A stretch of DNA of 60,329 nt from Psammoneis japonica (taxonomy: Eukaryota), in contig QPGO01000150.1 in NCBI GenBank assembly GCA_008632985.1, forward strand, positions 124,001 to 184,329, given 5' to 3'. The notes under the pieces were generated by a model. The model was not told the DNA's origin. It made no database searches and was given only the letters and a program-made list of their open reading frames with translations. The position numbers and the translations under genes were made by a program. Below are positions 12,756 to 26,070 of this stretch, in pieces. Every line of letters starts with the position of its first letter. Position 1 is the stretch's first letter.

Positions 12756-15065
12756 CATTAAACCGGCTTGAGTAGTGGAAGGGTGCATGAGCTGGTGGGA
12801 TAACAAGGATGTACCATAGTCCCGATATCGGATTATAGGAATGCTGTTACCATCCACCTGTACACTTCCTATTTACAATTTCAAAGTGCTATGCAATAAT
12901 CGGCACCGAGTCCGGAACGCCCGTCTCGGTGCAGTTTCTGCTGTGATGCGAGTGGGTGTCGGACATACTTATAATCGGTCGTGTGATGCACGACGGTCAA
13001 TAAGAACGGACAGCACACACTGCAACACTTGTCCTCGCCTTGTGAATGTCGCACTTGTTTCGTGAATACCTTCACAGGTTTCAAATGATCAATTTCTCAA
13101 AGCACGCGTGAGCACACCATGAAATGTCTCCCAGCACCAGCATCACACAAGTGATCCCGTCAAAATCGTCCAAGTCCTCAACAGGCCCATCAACGCCAAG
13201 AACACCCAATGAGCTGCGGCAATGCAGAGCAATGTCCAAATGCATGCATGCTGGTTTCAGCAATGCATCCCAGATGCCACAGCCATGTCAATGGCAACTG
13301 CCTGATTGCATGTCTGGTGGTGACAGGTTTGTGAGAGCCAACTCACATTCTGCATGTGGCTTTGCTGCTCACAAGCAAAAAAGAGCAAAGAAAGCTGTCA
13401 GAACAGCAAGAAATGGCCTGCTCCAGCTCCAGGCAATCCATGGTCTGGCACCAAAAACTCCTTCACTCAAAGGCTCATTCTTGGCATGCACAAGCAGAGC
13501 GGGGCATGCCTTGTGCCCCAGCTCTTGAGTGCCAGCTCCACTTGATGGCAAAACAAATTGTGGAGCAGCTTTAGATGGCAAAAACAAATTCATGCAATTG
13601 GCCCTGGTTTTAGCGACACTGCGATGTGCCCAGATGAATGAGCAGTGCTGCCCAAGTGAGAGCCCACTGGCAGAGACAAAGCAGGGAGAGCTGCAACATC
13701 CTTTTGTTCTTTCTTTTGCAACGGCTCTGGAAGTTTTCAGAGAGTGTCGTCATGTTGCCTGCAAGAGCAGTGCAAATGACCAGCAAGTTTGCACCAAAAA
13801 CAAGGGCAAAAAGGGGCTGCTGCAACACAAACAAACAGCAAAAATTCACAAATCAGGGCACTGCATCATTTGGCATCTTCTGGGGTGGGCGCATGTTTGT
13901 GGTTTGCAAGACAGTTGCACTGCAATTTTCTCAAATCCACAATGACACCTTGTCACATTGTTTGACAATCTTGGTCATTTTGCTTGCACACGAGCTGCAG
14001 CTCTCTCAAATCCAAAAAGCCCTTGTTGTGTTGCTGGACAAACTTGGCCATGTTGCTTGCACACATGTCAAGCAATCGACTCATGAAGATTTCTTTCTTG
14101 TTTTTGACTGACTCAACACCAGGCTTGCTGCTCTTTTCCTCAGCCATTTCAGCTGTTGCGTGGCTTGATGTGACACATGATGCACCATTCCCACCCCTTG
14201 ATCCACAGTCTGCCTGAGTTTGGTTGCATCAAAGCAACCAACCTGAGCAACAAAAGCAAGAAGCATGAGACATCACAACACAACAAGCACACAAAACCAT
14301 GACTCAAGGGGGCATGGCTTTGCACACAATTGCAGGCTTGGCACTCTGATTTGCTGCACGCCAATTGAAATCATTGTTTCTGCCCATCTCTGGATTCTTA
14401 CACTGAGTGGGACAAATTGAGCCTTGGGTGAATGTCCATTCATTGGCACACCTCACATGATGGCGGCAGCAACGCACATGGTGTGTGAAGGCTCCCCCCA
14501 ACTTGGGCACAGTGGCTGTGCCTGAGAGTGACAACTTTGCCCTTCTTGCCAATGAAAGGATGCTTCACATGCTTTGCTGCACCAAACTTGTGCTTCTCCT
14601 TGGCAAGCAACTTGCTTTTTTGAGGTCTTTGGGGCTCTTGACCAGAAGCGGCATGACATTGGCGCGCAAGCCTGAAGATTTTCATCCAAGGGTCTGCTGA
14701 GTGGTTTCAAGGAATGCCTCATGACTGGGGTCAGAGAAAAAAGTCATCATTGACAAAAGCCCTCATTTTCTGGAGTCTCCAAGGCAGTTTGGTCTGTTGA
14801 GTTGACCAGCGAGCTGAGCACGGCTTGGCTCAGCAACTTCAGAGCAGCAGCAGCTTCACACACAAATGTTGTCTTCAATGCAAGTGCCAACATCAACAGC
14901 GCTTTGATGACAAGCCTGTTGCACAGATTGCTCATGGTCATCACTTCATCAAAGAAAAAAACATCGCAGAGAGCTTGCAGTGGGGTCTCTCCATTGGAGT
15001 GTGATTTCCAGCATTCCTGCACAAATCTTTGCACGAAAATGTGCAGTTGTTTCCGCGTTCTCAGC

Positions 15066-17411
15066 ATTTTCCGGGTTTCGAGTCGTGGATGTCCCAAAAG
15101 TGCATGTTGTTTTTTTTTGTGCACACTGCTTTGGGTGTGCTCACATTTTGATTTCGTTTGTTTCACCATGGGAACCCAACCAACCATGTCTCATCATGAG
15201 CAACAGCAAAAGCTGAGCTCTCTCTTGGTGTTTCTGAGGTGCATTGTCATTCTGCTCTTGCTGCCCCTCATTTGTGTGGCTGCTTTTGTGTTTGGCTTTC
15301 TCACAGGCCCGCTGCTGTGTTGCCGTGGAACCATTCTCAACAGCCGCGCCTTGGCTGTCCGGTGTGCCACCAAAGGAATTCAATTGTCGGGAAGAGTCAT
15401 CAAGACATGGAAAAATGGTGAAAGCTTTCTCATGCAAGTGCTTTGCGGCCTGCGAGTGAATGGTGCATTCATGGCCTGCACCAGGAAGTTCTGCGTGTCT
15501 AAACAACATGATGCACAATCCGAAGTGGGCCTCATTTTCCTGCCGGACTGCCCATGTTCCGCCGTGCTCCAGGAGGTCGTCCACAAATTCGACGAAGACT
15601 TTGACGGCAACCTCTTTTCCAACAGAGAGTGCTCGATCGTGCTTGGATTCCTGAGCCCCATTGTCATCACCACGTTTTTGATTTGCGCACCCCTCTCAAT
15701 TGCGTTTGATTCCACCAACGAATTTTCCATCAAGGATTGGTCGTTTTGTGCCATGCTGATTGGTCCCCTGCTTGTGGCAATGCATGTGCTGAGTTTCACC
15801 ATGGGACATTGCATGTCAAAACAGTGTCGCGACTCTCATCTGCACCAAACATTGTACGCTGCCAGGAAAGTGGTGCGCAGCAGACATGAAGAAATCAACC
15901 CCAAAGGTGCCAAAGACATTTTGGAGGAGCAAGTCTCTGATGAGGAACAAATTCTGAAGCTTGCATCACACCAAGAACTCTTTGATGAAAAGAGCCACTC
16001 AAATGACATCACTGATGAGGAGCAAATTCCAAAGCATGTGCTGCACCAAGAACTCTTTGACAAAGAGAGTCGCTCATGCCCATTCATGATGCGCAACATT
16101 CTTCAAGACTTCTGTCTCTTTGTTGGGTGGACTGGATGGATCTTGATTGCCATCTGCTTCGTGGTTGCGGGCAGTGGCCACCATGTGTGGCATGGCTCAC
16201 TGGTGTCAAAATGGCAACACGACACTTGCTGGAATGCTGTGACAAAGATGACAACACTGTTTGCAGTGTGACGGGACGTGTCATGTGCAACAAACCTGAA
16301 AATCGGGTCATTGTGCAATGCACGGTGGGCAACCAAGCTTGCAAGAAACTGTTGAAGAAGCTGACGGGACTTGAGTCCAAGAACTTTTTGGAGGAACACG
16401 AGTTTGCGCACCTGGCGCAATTGCCAATGTCCGCTGATCTCAAGAGTTGCATCGACAATCGTCATGAAGAGCTGCGACAATGTCGCAAAAAGGGCAGCAT
16501 TGGTGTCTTCGTCATGGTGATCCACATTGGCTTACAGCCGTGGTTGTGGGCAATGTGGATGCCCCTCATCCCTTTCTTGTTGTGGCAGGGATTTCCCTTG
16601 GCTGCAACGTTGTGTTGGGACTCTTCGGTGCCATCCTCCACCGCCATTTCTTTTTCAAGAAGCATCTCTTGCACGGAGCCAGAAAGGTGCAAGCACAAGA
16701 CATGAGTCAGGACATGGTTGCGACAAAGGCAGGACTTGATGACATTGAGGAGTTGTTGGGTGACGGCGCCACGGATGCCACAGAGAGCGCCAATGCCTTT
16801 GTCGATCGATTCATGAAGGGCAAGTTTCCCCGGCTGGACAAGGCATTTGAAGAGCATTGCACCGGCTCATGAGCCAGTGGGAAGTCAAGGATGCACATCG
16901 CATTGTCCTGATGCGGGGTGTGTGAGTGGGGATGCTGCAACCATCCGCTTGCGCACTTCCTCTTCACAATTCACAAAGTGCTGTGCAACATGTGGGCGGC
17001 ATGCCAATGTCATGCCGGCACAAAAGAAGAGTCGTCAATGTCGCATCTGGGATCATGGCTTTTTGCGGTCATGCCACATCGTGCATCGGCGTCATTGCGC
17101 ATCTGTTGCGAGCAACGCGGTCATCAATCATCAAGCACAGGTGGGCGCACATTGCGCTCCACTGCAGCCACCTTGCACTTTCCCTCATCTTGCTTGGGAA
17201 TGTGCGCTTGTTTTGTGAATGCTCAAGTCACACCACAAAAACAATTGCCAGCGCCAACACCCCACAAGCAATTCCGTCAAGTCCTCAACGGCCCCAAGAA
17301 TGCCCTCATTGCACCCAATGAGCTGCGGCAATGAACAGCGATGTCCAAAAGGCACACATGCTTTCAGCAATGGATGTCAGCTGCAAACACCTGATTGCTT
17401 GTCTGGTGGTG
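15066..17411 (+). repeat. Segmental duplicate of about 10917-13322
   Basis: Shared from ttttccgggt..gagtcgtggat through the gene to cacccaatgagctgcggcaatg..cctgattgc.tgtctggtggtg. Confidence 0.85.
15168..16872 (+). pseudogene. Hypermutated paralog of the 11001-12755 membrane protein
   Basis: YYRGTILNSRALAVRYATKG -> CCRGTILNSRALAVRCATKG; VYGLRVNGAFVAYTRKFR -> LCGLRVNGAFMACTRKFC; LLYGARKV -> LLHGARKV. Confidence 0.9.
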
Positions 17412-18698
17412 CAATTGCTGCAACACATGAGAGAGTTTTGTGAGAGGTTGAGTGAAGCACGCTGTCAATGTGTGAGAAGTTTGCTTGCACCACCAAGCAC
17501 ACGAGCTGAGGCCAGCTTCCAAGGAGAACAAGCAAGCTCCCCTGCTGTGTCAGAAGAAGCAGCAGGGAAGTTTTTTTTAGAGCTGAGAGGCTTTGTTGGA
17601 CAGTGAATTGCTCTTCACCATTTCCCCTTGACAGGCTGGGTAAAGAATGTGCTGTGCTCCTGCATGAAGGCTCCTTTAAACCCCTTCAACAACTCGGCAC
17701 CACTGGGAGCAGACTCTTGCCTGTTGTGTCTGGTTTTGCTGCTTGCCATCACAGCTCAACTCAAAGCTCAAAGAGAGCTGCCACCACAGCAGGAAACAGC
17801 AAGACAAAACAGTGACACAGAGACTGGACAAGTGGTGATGGCATTGCAGGGCACTTTCACACAGCCAGGAAGAGCATGAGATGCTCTCCCAAAGCTTTGG
17901 GGGAGTCATGGATCCAGCCAACCTGCACTTTTCTGTGGTGCAAAGTTGTGTGAAAATGTTTGCAGGGACTTTAGATGCCACTTGCACTGAAGCAAGTGAC
18001 TGACACACCAGCTTGCCTTGAAAAAAGTCTGCCACAAGTTGCCGCCACAGCAAAATGCTGCTTGAGGAGGTCAGTTTTTGAGTGACGCCTGCTCTCTCTC
18101 AACTTTTGGCTTCTCGCAAATGAGCCATTCAAGTCTCCTGGGTTTTCAATGCTTGCAAGTGTGTTGCTCAATTTTGCTGTGGAAATGGTTTTTGAGCAAC
18201 TCTTGTTGGGGGCGCCATTGTGCTCGACCTGTGCTGTTCTCAGCACCTTGTCATGAGTGCCCGTGTGCCCCTCACAACAGGAAGGCATGGCATGATCTCA
18301 TGAATCCACCATTGCATTCCTTGTGTCAGCAGCAACTGTTGAAGCAATTGCACACTCTTCCTTGTCCCCTTGCTTGGCAGATTGGCCAAATCTTCCCCTC
18401 TGTCAACCAGCAAGCTTTGTCCTGCTGTGTGCTTTGTTGTTGTTCCCTCCAATTTTTTTTTGCCTTGGTGTTGGGGGTGTCTTCTCTGGCCTGTGGGAGT
18501 GGAACAACAGCAACAGTTGTCGTCCACCTGTGTCTTGCACTGGCAAAATGGCGTGTTCCTCCCAAGAGGGAATCATTCAAACATGCTTTTGCCATCACTT
18601 TTCTCATTTCTATGCACACTAGAATGTTGAAATAAACAAGGAGGTGCCGTAAGTGCAGAGTGCACAAATTCACTTCTAAATTGGTTGCATGCCCAATG

Positions 18699-20508
18699 TC
18701 AGTGTTGTGCGGCTGCTCTCTGGAAATCAGCTTGTCGACCATGCCCGCTTTCCGAAGCTGGGCTAGATTTCCGTGGAAACGGTGGAGACGGTGGAACCAT
18801 GACTTCCACGCCGTCGGAATGACGTCTAGTTTGCAAAGACCGGGTAGCCAGAGAGTCCATGTCACCAGAGTTCTCTTTCGCTGCCAGAGACAGACCATTG
18901 GCGGCTGCCAACCCATGAATCTGGCACATCAGCTCACGGATTTCATCCATTCCCTTCTTCATGTCATTCATCTCACTTCCAAACTCTGCATTTGGTCCTC
19001 AACCGTGTGTGCGCAAATTGTGTGGTTGTTCCCAAACATTAGCACCTTCATTCGATGAGGCAGGAAATGTCCAAATGTCACCAATCCAAGGACAATGAGA
19101 AACAAACGGAAGAGCTGAAGGGCAACACATTGCATGCCCATCTTGAACTGCTCTCAGCCGTGCGAGGCTGGTGCCAGTCTTCCTCCAGAGAACTTGTGTC
19201 GTTGTCAACATCGTGACCAATGCAGTTAGAGAACGACCTGCTTTTTTCGTCTTTGCGCAGTGCATGCATTTGAGCAGAAAACGTTGCTCAATGAGAAAAC
19301 CAATTCTGTGAACCCAAAATGATTCTTCTGATGCTTCTGTCTCGTCCCAAGCCTTGGTGACGATGGCGATCACCACGTTTGACAAAATCACAACTAGTGT
19401 CAAGCCGGTAAAAACATCGAGGACATCGACGACCTCTTCTGGTCCTCCTACGAAGAAGGCGCAAGCGCTGTAAAAGCCGTCACTTGCATTGCAGAATGCC
19501 TCGGGACAATGAAAGCGAGCTCCCAGCAATGGTCCAAAGCCAACCAAAACCACGGCTGTAATGACAAGCGTGGGATTAGCGCAAATCCAATCTAACAGGA
19601 GGGCAGTGACACGTGGTAGAAAGCGTGAGATTTTCAATTGAAATCTCTCCACTCACTTCTGTCACATCAGACCTCACTTTAACAACCCCACTGACAAATT
19701 TGGAGAAGGGGGAATGCGAAGCGGAGAAATGAAATCACCCCTGAGAAGATGAAAACGGCCGATGCCAACAAAATCCTCTCAATTGTTTTTTCATTGGCAT
19801 CCGCTGTTTGCAGGCAATGCGCAGCAACGGCTGTCATGACAATCCTGCCAAGGTCAAGAACGTTCCAGGGATCCAGCAGATGATCCAAGCGCTGATTTGA
19901 GACTTGAATGGCTTTGCAAACAAAAAAGTACAAAGCTGGATGTAGAGAATGTACACATCATTTCCGGCAACACCGTCAGGCGATTTGAGATGCGTGTTGG
20001 CAGTGTCAACAAACATCCCAACCAACAGGCAGTTGGCGTAAAAGTCCGCAAACATTGCAGCAATGATGGGATTTCTGACCGACGCCTGGTTCACAATATC
20101 CTGAAGAACTGGCGATTTCAACACCATGCCAGCAACGAGCTTTACTTCGCTTGTTCGAAGACCTAAGATGTCACTTTCTTGAGTGACAAACAGCTCAACA
20201 TCGTCGTTCGGAGACAGACCGGTTTCTCCGGATCTCTTGGCCCAGCAAACTGCCCTGTATTTTTCATCCTCCTTAACACACAGGACCACCGAAGCGTTTT
20301 GTGCAATAACCCATCCGAGTAAAGAGCGTCCGGCTGAATCAGGGTGTTCCGTGCAGTCGCACGTTTCAAGCGATTTCACGCTTTCCGCTGTAACGCCAGA
20401 ATCAAAACTTCCAAAGCTGTTGTACCCTTCCTTCTTAAGCTTCTTTTTCCATGCTGATTGGAACGCCTTATCTGCGTTCTTCTCCCACACTAGGCTGGAC
20501 GCAGACAT
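18699..20508 (-). pseudogene. Decayed tandem paralog of the TRP-like channel gene
   Basis: Colinear with 21021-22821 (PDSAGRSLLGW, FADFYANCLLV, LLASAVFIF, NVVIAIVTKAWDE, FWVHRIGFLI). Several frameshifts and Tyr->Cys/His changes such as ETYEYT -> ETCDCT. Confidence 0.9.
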
Positions 20509-21020
20509 GTTCGAAATTTGTGGCACTTCAAGTACGCACCCCCTGAGATAGAACTTCGGAACCAAGACTCGATTTGTCGCGGATCTGTACGTAGAAAATG
20601 TACTAGGATCTACGCGCCTTGATCGGAATACGGGACTGAAGATCATAATCGCGAGCTTCAAGCTTCAAGCGCTTGCTCCCGATTGCAAGCGACCGTTTTG
20701 GAATCCTCGCTCTACTCTCTCTCTCTACTCTAGAGAGAGCTCTACAGCAGTAGGACCCTAGAGAGAGTAGCTCGTAAGTTTGCTTGTGTCGACCACCATT
20801 TGTGTACCTGATAGGATATCATGACTACTATTGGCCAGGACTTGCCGTGATTTCTTCGATGTCAAGGCTATCCTACATCTCAAGACGCACGAGAGGCACG
20901 AGCGATGATCAGGGCGGGGACTCGAACTCAGGAATTTATCTTGTTCTGAATTGGGTTACTTCTTATCAGTGGGCAACGTACCAGTTGTGAATGCACCTTG
21001 CGTGCCCAGTTCAGCGGTTG

Positions 21021-22821
21021 TCAACCATCACTGCCGTCTTCTGAAGTCGTTTCTGAGCCAGTTTTTCGTGACGTCGGTGGAACCAGAGACTCCATGCCGT
21101 CGGAACCCCATCTATTTCGCGGAGACCGCGCAGCACCGGAATTCTCATCGCCAGAACTCCCTTTAGCTGCCGGGAGCTGGTTATTAGCAGCAACCAATCC
21201 TGGCATCTGATACATGAGTTGACGGATTTCATCCATTCCTCTTTTAAGATCCTTCATTTCAACTTGCAAACTCTGCATTTGGTCTTCGAGCGTGTTTGTT
21301 AGAATCGTATGGTTGTTCCCAAACACTAGCACCTTGAAACGATGAGGCCAGCAATATCCAAATGTCACCAATCCCAGGACGAGTAGAAACAAGAGGGAGA
21401 CTTGAAGAGCAGCATAGCGAACGACAAACTTGACTTGTTCGCCAAATTCGCGGTGTTCGTACCATTTATTCTCCAGAGCTTCGATTCGCTTATCGATGTC
21501 ATTACCAATGTAGTCGATTTCTGACGTTGTCGCGGTTCTTTTAATGTTTCCGCAATGGGCGCCTTCTAGCAGAAAACGTTGTCGAATAAGAAAACCAATT
21601 CTGTGAACCCAAAACGCTTCCTCGGATGCTTCTGATTCATCCCATGCTTTGGTTACGATGGCGATCACGACGTTTAACAAAATCACCACTAGTACCAAGC
21701 CAGTGAAAACGTCAAGAACATTGATGACATCGTCCGGTCCTCCTACAAAGTAGGCGTATGCAGCATAGAAGCCATCACTTAGACTGCAATAGCCGGGACA
21801 TTCAAAACGAGACACCCAGTACATGTATCCAAAGCCAAAGAGTAACACGGTGGTAATGACGAACAACGGGAGCAACGCAAACACAATCTGGTAGGAGAGT
21901 AGTAGTGGTAGTGCAGCAAAAGGGTTAGATTCGCTATTGCAGTTTGTTTCTCTGTCCACAACTTCACGCACGTACTTTTACAACGCCGCTGACAAACTTG
22001 GCGAAGGGTAGGAATGCTACACGTAGAAACGAGATAACTCCTCCAAAGATGAAAACGGCCGATGCCAACAAGACTCGATCGATTGTTGTTCTGTCGCCAT
22101 TTCCTGTCTGGAGGAAATAGGCGGAGGCGATCGTCATGGCAACCTTGGCAAAGTCGAGAATGTTCCAGGAATCCAATAGGTACTCCCAGCGCTGAGTCGA
22201 GACCTGAGTAACTTCCCGAAGAAAAAAGTAGAATGCCAGGAAATAGAGAACAATTACATCATTCCCAGCACGACCGTCTGCCGACTTGAGATAGGCGCTT
22301 GTAGCGTCCACAAAGATTGCCACCAAGAGGCAGTTGGCATAAAAATCGGCAAATATCGACGCAACAATATAATTTCTGACTGATGCTTGGTTCACGAGTT
22401 CCTGAAGCATTGGCGTTTTCAATACTGTCTCTGCAAAGGCTTTTACTTCGCTCACTCGAAGACGGAAAATGTCCTCTTCGCGAGTAACAAACAACTCAAT
22501 GTCATTGTTGTTCTGGGATCGATCGCTTGCTTGGGACGATCTCCTCTTTGCCCAGCCAACCGCGCTGTATTCGTCCTTTTCTTGAACAGTAAAGACAACA
22601 GAAGCGTTTTGATTAATAATCCATCCTAATAAAGAGCGTCCTGCTGAATCAGGTTGTTCAGTATATTCGTAAGTTTCGAGTAATTTTAGGCTTTCGGCTG
22701 TAATTTCAGAGTCAAGACTTGCATCTCTGGTGTTTTGCCTTCGCTCCTGAAGCTTCCTTTTCCATTCTGATTGAAAAGCCTCATCGGCGTTCTTTTCCCA
22801 TGTGATGTTGGAAGCAGACAT
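21021..22821 (-). CDS. TRP/polycystin-like cation channel (Ion_trans-type membrane domain), two exons
   Basis: Motifs YLLDSWNILDF, ISFLRVAFLPFAKFVSGVVK and VILLNVVIAIVTKAWDE, plus a C-terminal coiled coil. An 88-bp intron at 21888-21975 (GTACGT...CCAG) joins the two ORFs in frame. The true start may lie further upstream. Confidence 0.75.
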
Positions 22822-25204
22822 GCTGAACTATGTGGCAAACGCTGAAGTTCACCTTTAGCTGCATCAGTGAAGTGATGCGCTTGCTTTGATCTCCGATCTG
22901 CAGTCTGCATTGGGGTTGTATGTAGAACGTAGAAAAATGTACGAACATCTCTGTACCGGTACACATATTTTTTTGAAATTTGAGAAACCCGGATGTCACA
23001 GCGGTTTCACCGCGCGGTTTCGGGGCGAACGGTGAATTGTGCTCATTACCCAAGCTCTCACCTCTTTTATTGTCTCCGCCCGCTGTCATGTCACCATGAC
23101 AATGGCAAAGGACCGAGACAATGAGAGTGTTGTTTTTACATTCTTTTATCATTTACGAGTCGTATTATATGTGGTTGATGCACACTGGGCTTATCCCCTC
23201 AAAATTCGATTCAGAGCGAGGTTTTGCCCCCATGCACAACGCATCGGAGCGGCATCTTCCGTTTGTTGTGATAGACAGCAGCTCGTTCGAGGTACGGGAG
23301 GCTTCCGGTGATACAAGTTGGAGTGCATATTTTCTCTTTACTGTTCATAATGCTAGTGATAATCTCAAGTGTCGCCGTTTCCATTGGGAGCCGAAACTGG
23401 TCACGTGTTTGTTGGATCGGAGAATGTGGTTTTCGCAAGGGTTGAGCACCGCCCAGAATCATGGCACGATCGAGTTGCTGAGCGTTGCAGGCTGCAGGTG
23501 CGTGGAACCAAGTTTTCTCGGGTCTTGGTCTTCTCCTTGTCAGAATGGTTCTGTGCTCACAGCCGCCGTTTCTCAGTTGTGCACCAGAGGCCACCTTTGG
23601 GTCGGAAGCGCACTCCACTTTTTACCGCGCTTCGGAGAGCTTGCCTCTCATGGTCGTGTTAACAACCTTTCCGACAAGGACACTCGCTTTGCTCACCTTT
23701 GACGCATTCTATGACACGCAAAAGACTCCCGGATGAGGTGTTGCAGATGCAGTTGGTCGCTGAGCGTGCCAGAGACTCCAACAAGCATTGCACGCACCAA
23801 TGTTGTCGCAGTCCATCTGAAGCTGTGCCGATGGGGTGACAAAATGCCCAAGACAACAATCCACCACCTGATTAAGTTCCTCAACACCATGTTGCACATG
23901 GTGCACACAGTCTAAGTTGGCGAGAAAGGTTGTTCTCAAACACCAGGTGCCTGGCCTTCTCACACTGTTGCAAGCAGCAACTCAAACAATGCACCTTGCT
24001 TGCACACGCCTGCAGTGGCAATTGAGAGTTGCAATCTTTGAAGACTGCCCTTGCAAGCATCAGATGTCTTCACCAAGTGTGCAGATTTCTCATCAATTTG
24101 CCATTGGAGTCAAGCACTTGCTGGATGGAGTTTGCCACGGCTCAATGTCGTCCTGTTCGTGGGCGAGTCGGAAGACTTTGGATTGCCTGCAAACAGCTGT
24201 GAAAGTGACCTTCTTGCAGCAAGATTCTAATGTCATAGTCTGTGAGCATCTCCTTCATTGTGAAGAAGTCAAAATCACTGAGGTCTTGCGATTGAATCGC
24301 CTGGATCCTTGATCCATTCGGCCGATGGTGGATTTCTCGATGACAAATTGCATGGTTGATCCGAGTGGTTTCGAAAAACCAAATTTTTGGTCTGTGTGAC
24401 TCCACTCAGGAAATGACATTGCACAATGCGGCAGTTCAACATGTTGGGGAACTGATGGATGCAAGGTGCTTCAAGCATGATGCCGAGCAAACAACTGAGA
24501 TCAACGGAGTTACAACCGCGGCATTGGTGCTGCCAAGAAATTTGATGCCAACAACTGGCACATTCTTTGCGCAGAATTCTACACAGATGAACTGGGAGAA
24601 ACGCGGCGAGCAAGATTCTGTCCGCCATTGTCAGCCACATTGATGATGATGACATCAGCACAACCCAGACCCAGGAACTGATGACACATTGCCTCAACAA
24701 CACCATGAAGTGCAACACATCTCATTTTTTCTGGGTCTGGGGGGATTGCATGAAATGCAGTTCGCGCTCGTCACCTCATGTTGATGACCGTTCCATGAAA
24801 GAAAACATTTTTGTGCGGTGATGCCGTGCATTTTTCACAGATCTTCTGTTTCGCAAATTCCCAATTCCTCACATTTGTGACGCACCCGATCATTTTTTAC
24901 ACAGACAAACATGCTCACCGTTCTCTCTCGCAAACCGCTGTGATGTGCGTCTTCTTTCGCTTGCTCTCGCGGTTTGCATCTGCTCATGCACAGGACATTG
25001 GGGTCTTGATGCAGTCTGGCTGCCATGGGACTCATTTGAACTTGTCTGTCACAACCAATCTCAAGTTGCCGATGACCTGTGACCCGCCTCTTTCTGCCAA
25101 AGAAGATCACGGACAGCTGCCGCCGCTTCCCAACACACTGCAAAAAGGCGTGTTCCAGCCCCACACCACAGGTGGTTGGCAATCATCTGTCATGCAAGAA
25201 GCCG

Positions 25205-25395
25205 GTTTTCTTTGCAGTTTGGCACACTGGGCTCATTCAAATTTGATCATTTCAAAAATTGAAAGGTGAGTGCACACAAAAAATCCTTTGATTCAGGAAA
25301 AACCCGACTTTGAAGGAGTTTGTTGCGCCAAATGCAAAAACGGGCTAGCGATGGGAACCCAACCTGTGCACCTCGTCACCTGGGGAGCTGGAACA
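25205..25395 (+). repeat. Dispersed repeat shared with about 39053-39245
   Basis: Both carry cagtttggcaca..ttcaaatttgatcatttcaaaaattgaaaggtgagtgca.acaaaaaa ... tgcaaaaac..gatgggaa..cctgtgca..gtcacctgg. Confidence 0.75.
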
Positions 25396-25444
25396 TGCCA
25401 AACAGACACAAAATGAATGAAGTGAGATGGCCTTTGTGATGCCC

Positions 25445-26070
25445 TCCATGTGATTTGAAAGGCAGTCAAGACACTTTCTGTCTGTGCCATGCAGGAATCC
25501 AAAGATTGTCGAGGTGCTTTGCTTGGGGGGTGCGGAAACCTGTTGTTTCTCATTGCTTGGCCCCAAAGATTTTCCCCAGCAATGAAAACACATCATTTGT
25601 GAAGTGGCTGTGACAATCAACTGCATGTTTAAACAAAGTTTTCAGCTGTGCTCAGTTCTCACAAAACTGTGCAAATGACAATCATGCCATTTTGAAGTGG
25701 CTGAGCTTGGCTCTTGCTCAAAAAGCCCACCACAAAGATGCGAGCGACGTTCTTGCTGTCCCTTGTCTCACAAAACCAATGCAAGCCAAGACCTTCTGCA
25801 GTTTGAACAGCCAGCCAGCATGACCAAGAACATTGTCTTTTGCTTTGATGGCACCGGGGGCAGAACCAGAAACACAGATGTGTAAGACAATGCAATTGCG
25901 ACCCAGACAAAGACACAAAAAAGGACCCAGCAACCTGGCAAATGTTGCAAAAGCACATTTGTTGTTTGGGGAGACTTTGACAGGGGGAAACGCCAAAAGA
26001 ATCATGCCCCAAACTCTCTCTGCAGCACATCGGGCCAGCCAGGCTGCTCTTTGCCACTCTGGCGTTGGCT
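25445..26070 (+). pseudogene. Hypermutated truncated duplicate of the DUF2235 gene 5' end and upstream region
   Basis: ATG at 25820 gives MTKNIVFCFDGT. NLANVAKAHLLFG and QAALCHSGVG correspond to QVSLYYSGVG in the intact gene. The upstream DNA matches 26455-26882. Confidence 0.85.

Larger units (their letters stand above)
13081..20150. other. TpA-depleted hypermutated domain B (tapers off over about 18.6-20.4 kb)
   Basis: No TA in 13081-13570 and only scattered TA up to about 18600. TA frequency then rises gradually across the channel pseudogene. Confidence 0.9.

Noticed and set aside
23701..25399. Possible longer element sharing the MITE TIRs (cacctggggagctggaacatgcc at the right end)
   Set aside because: The left end is ambiguous (23701 or 23735), the matches are degenerate and no TSD was found.
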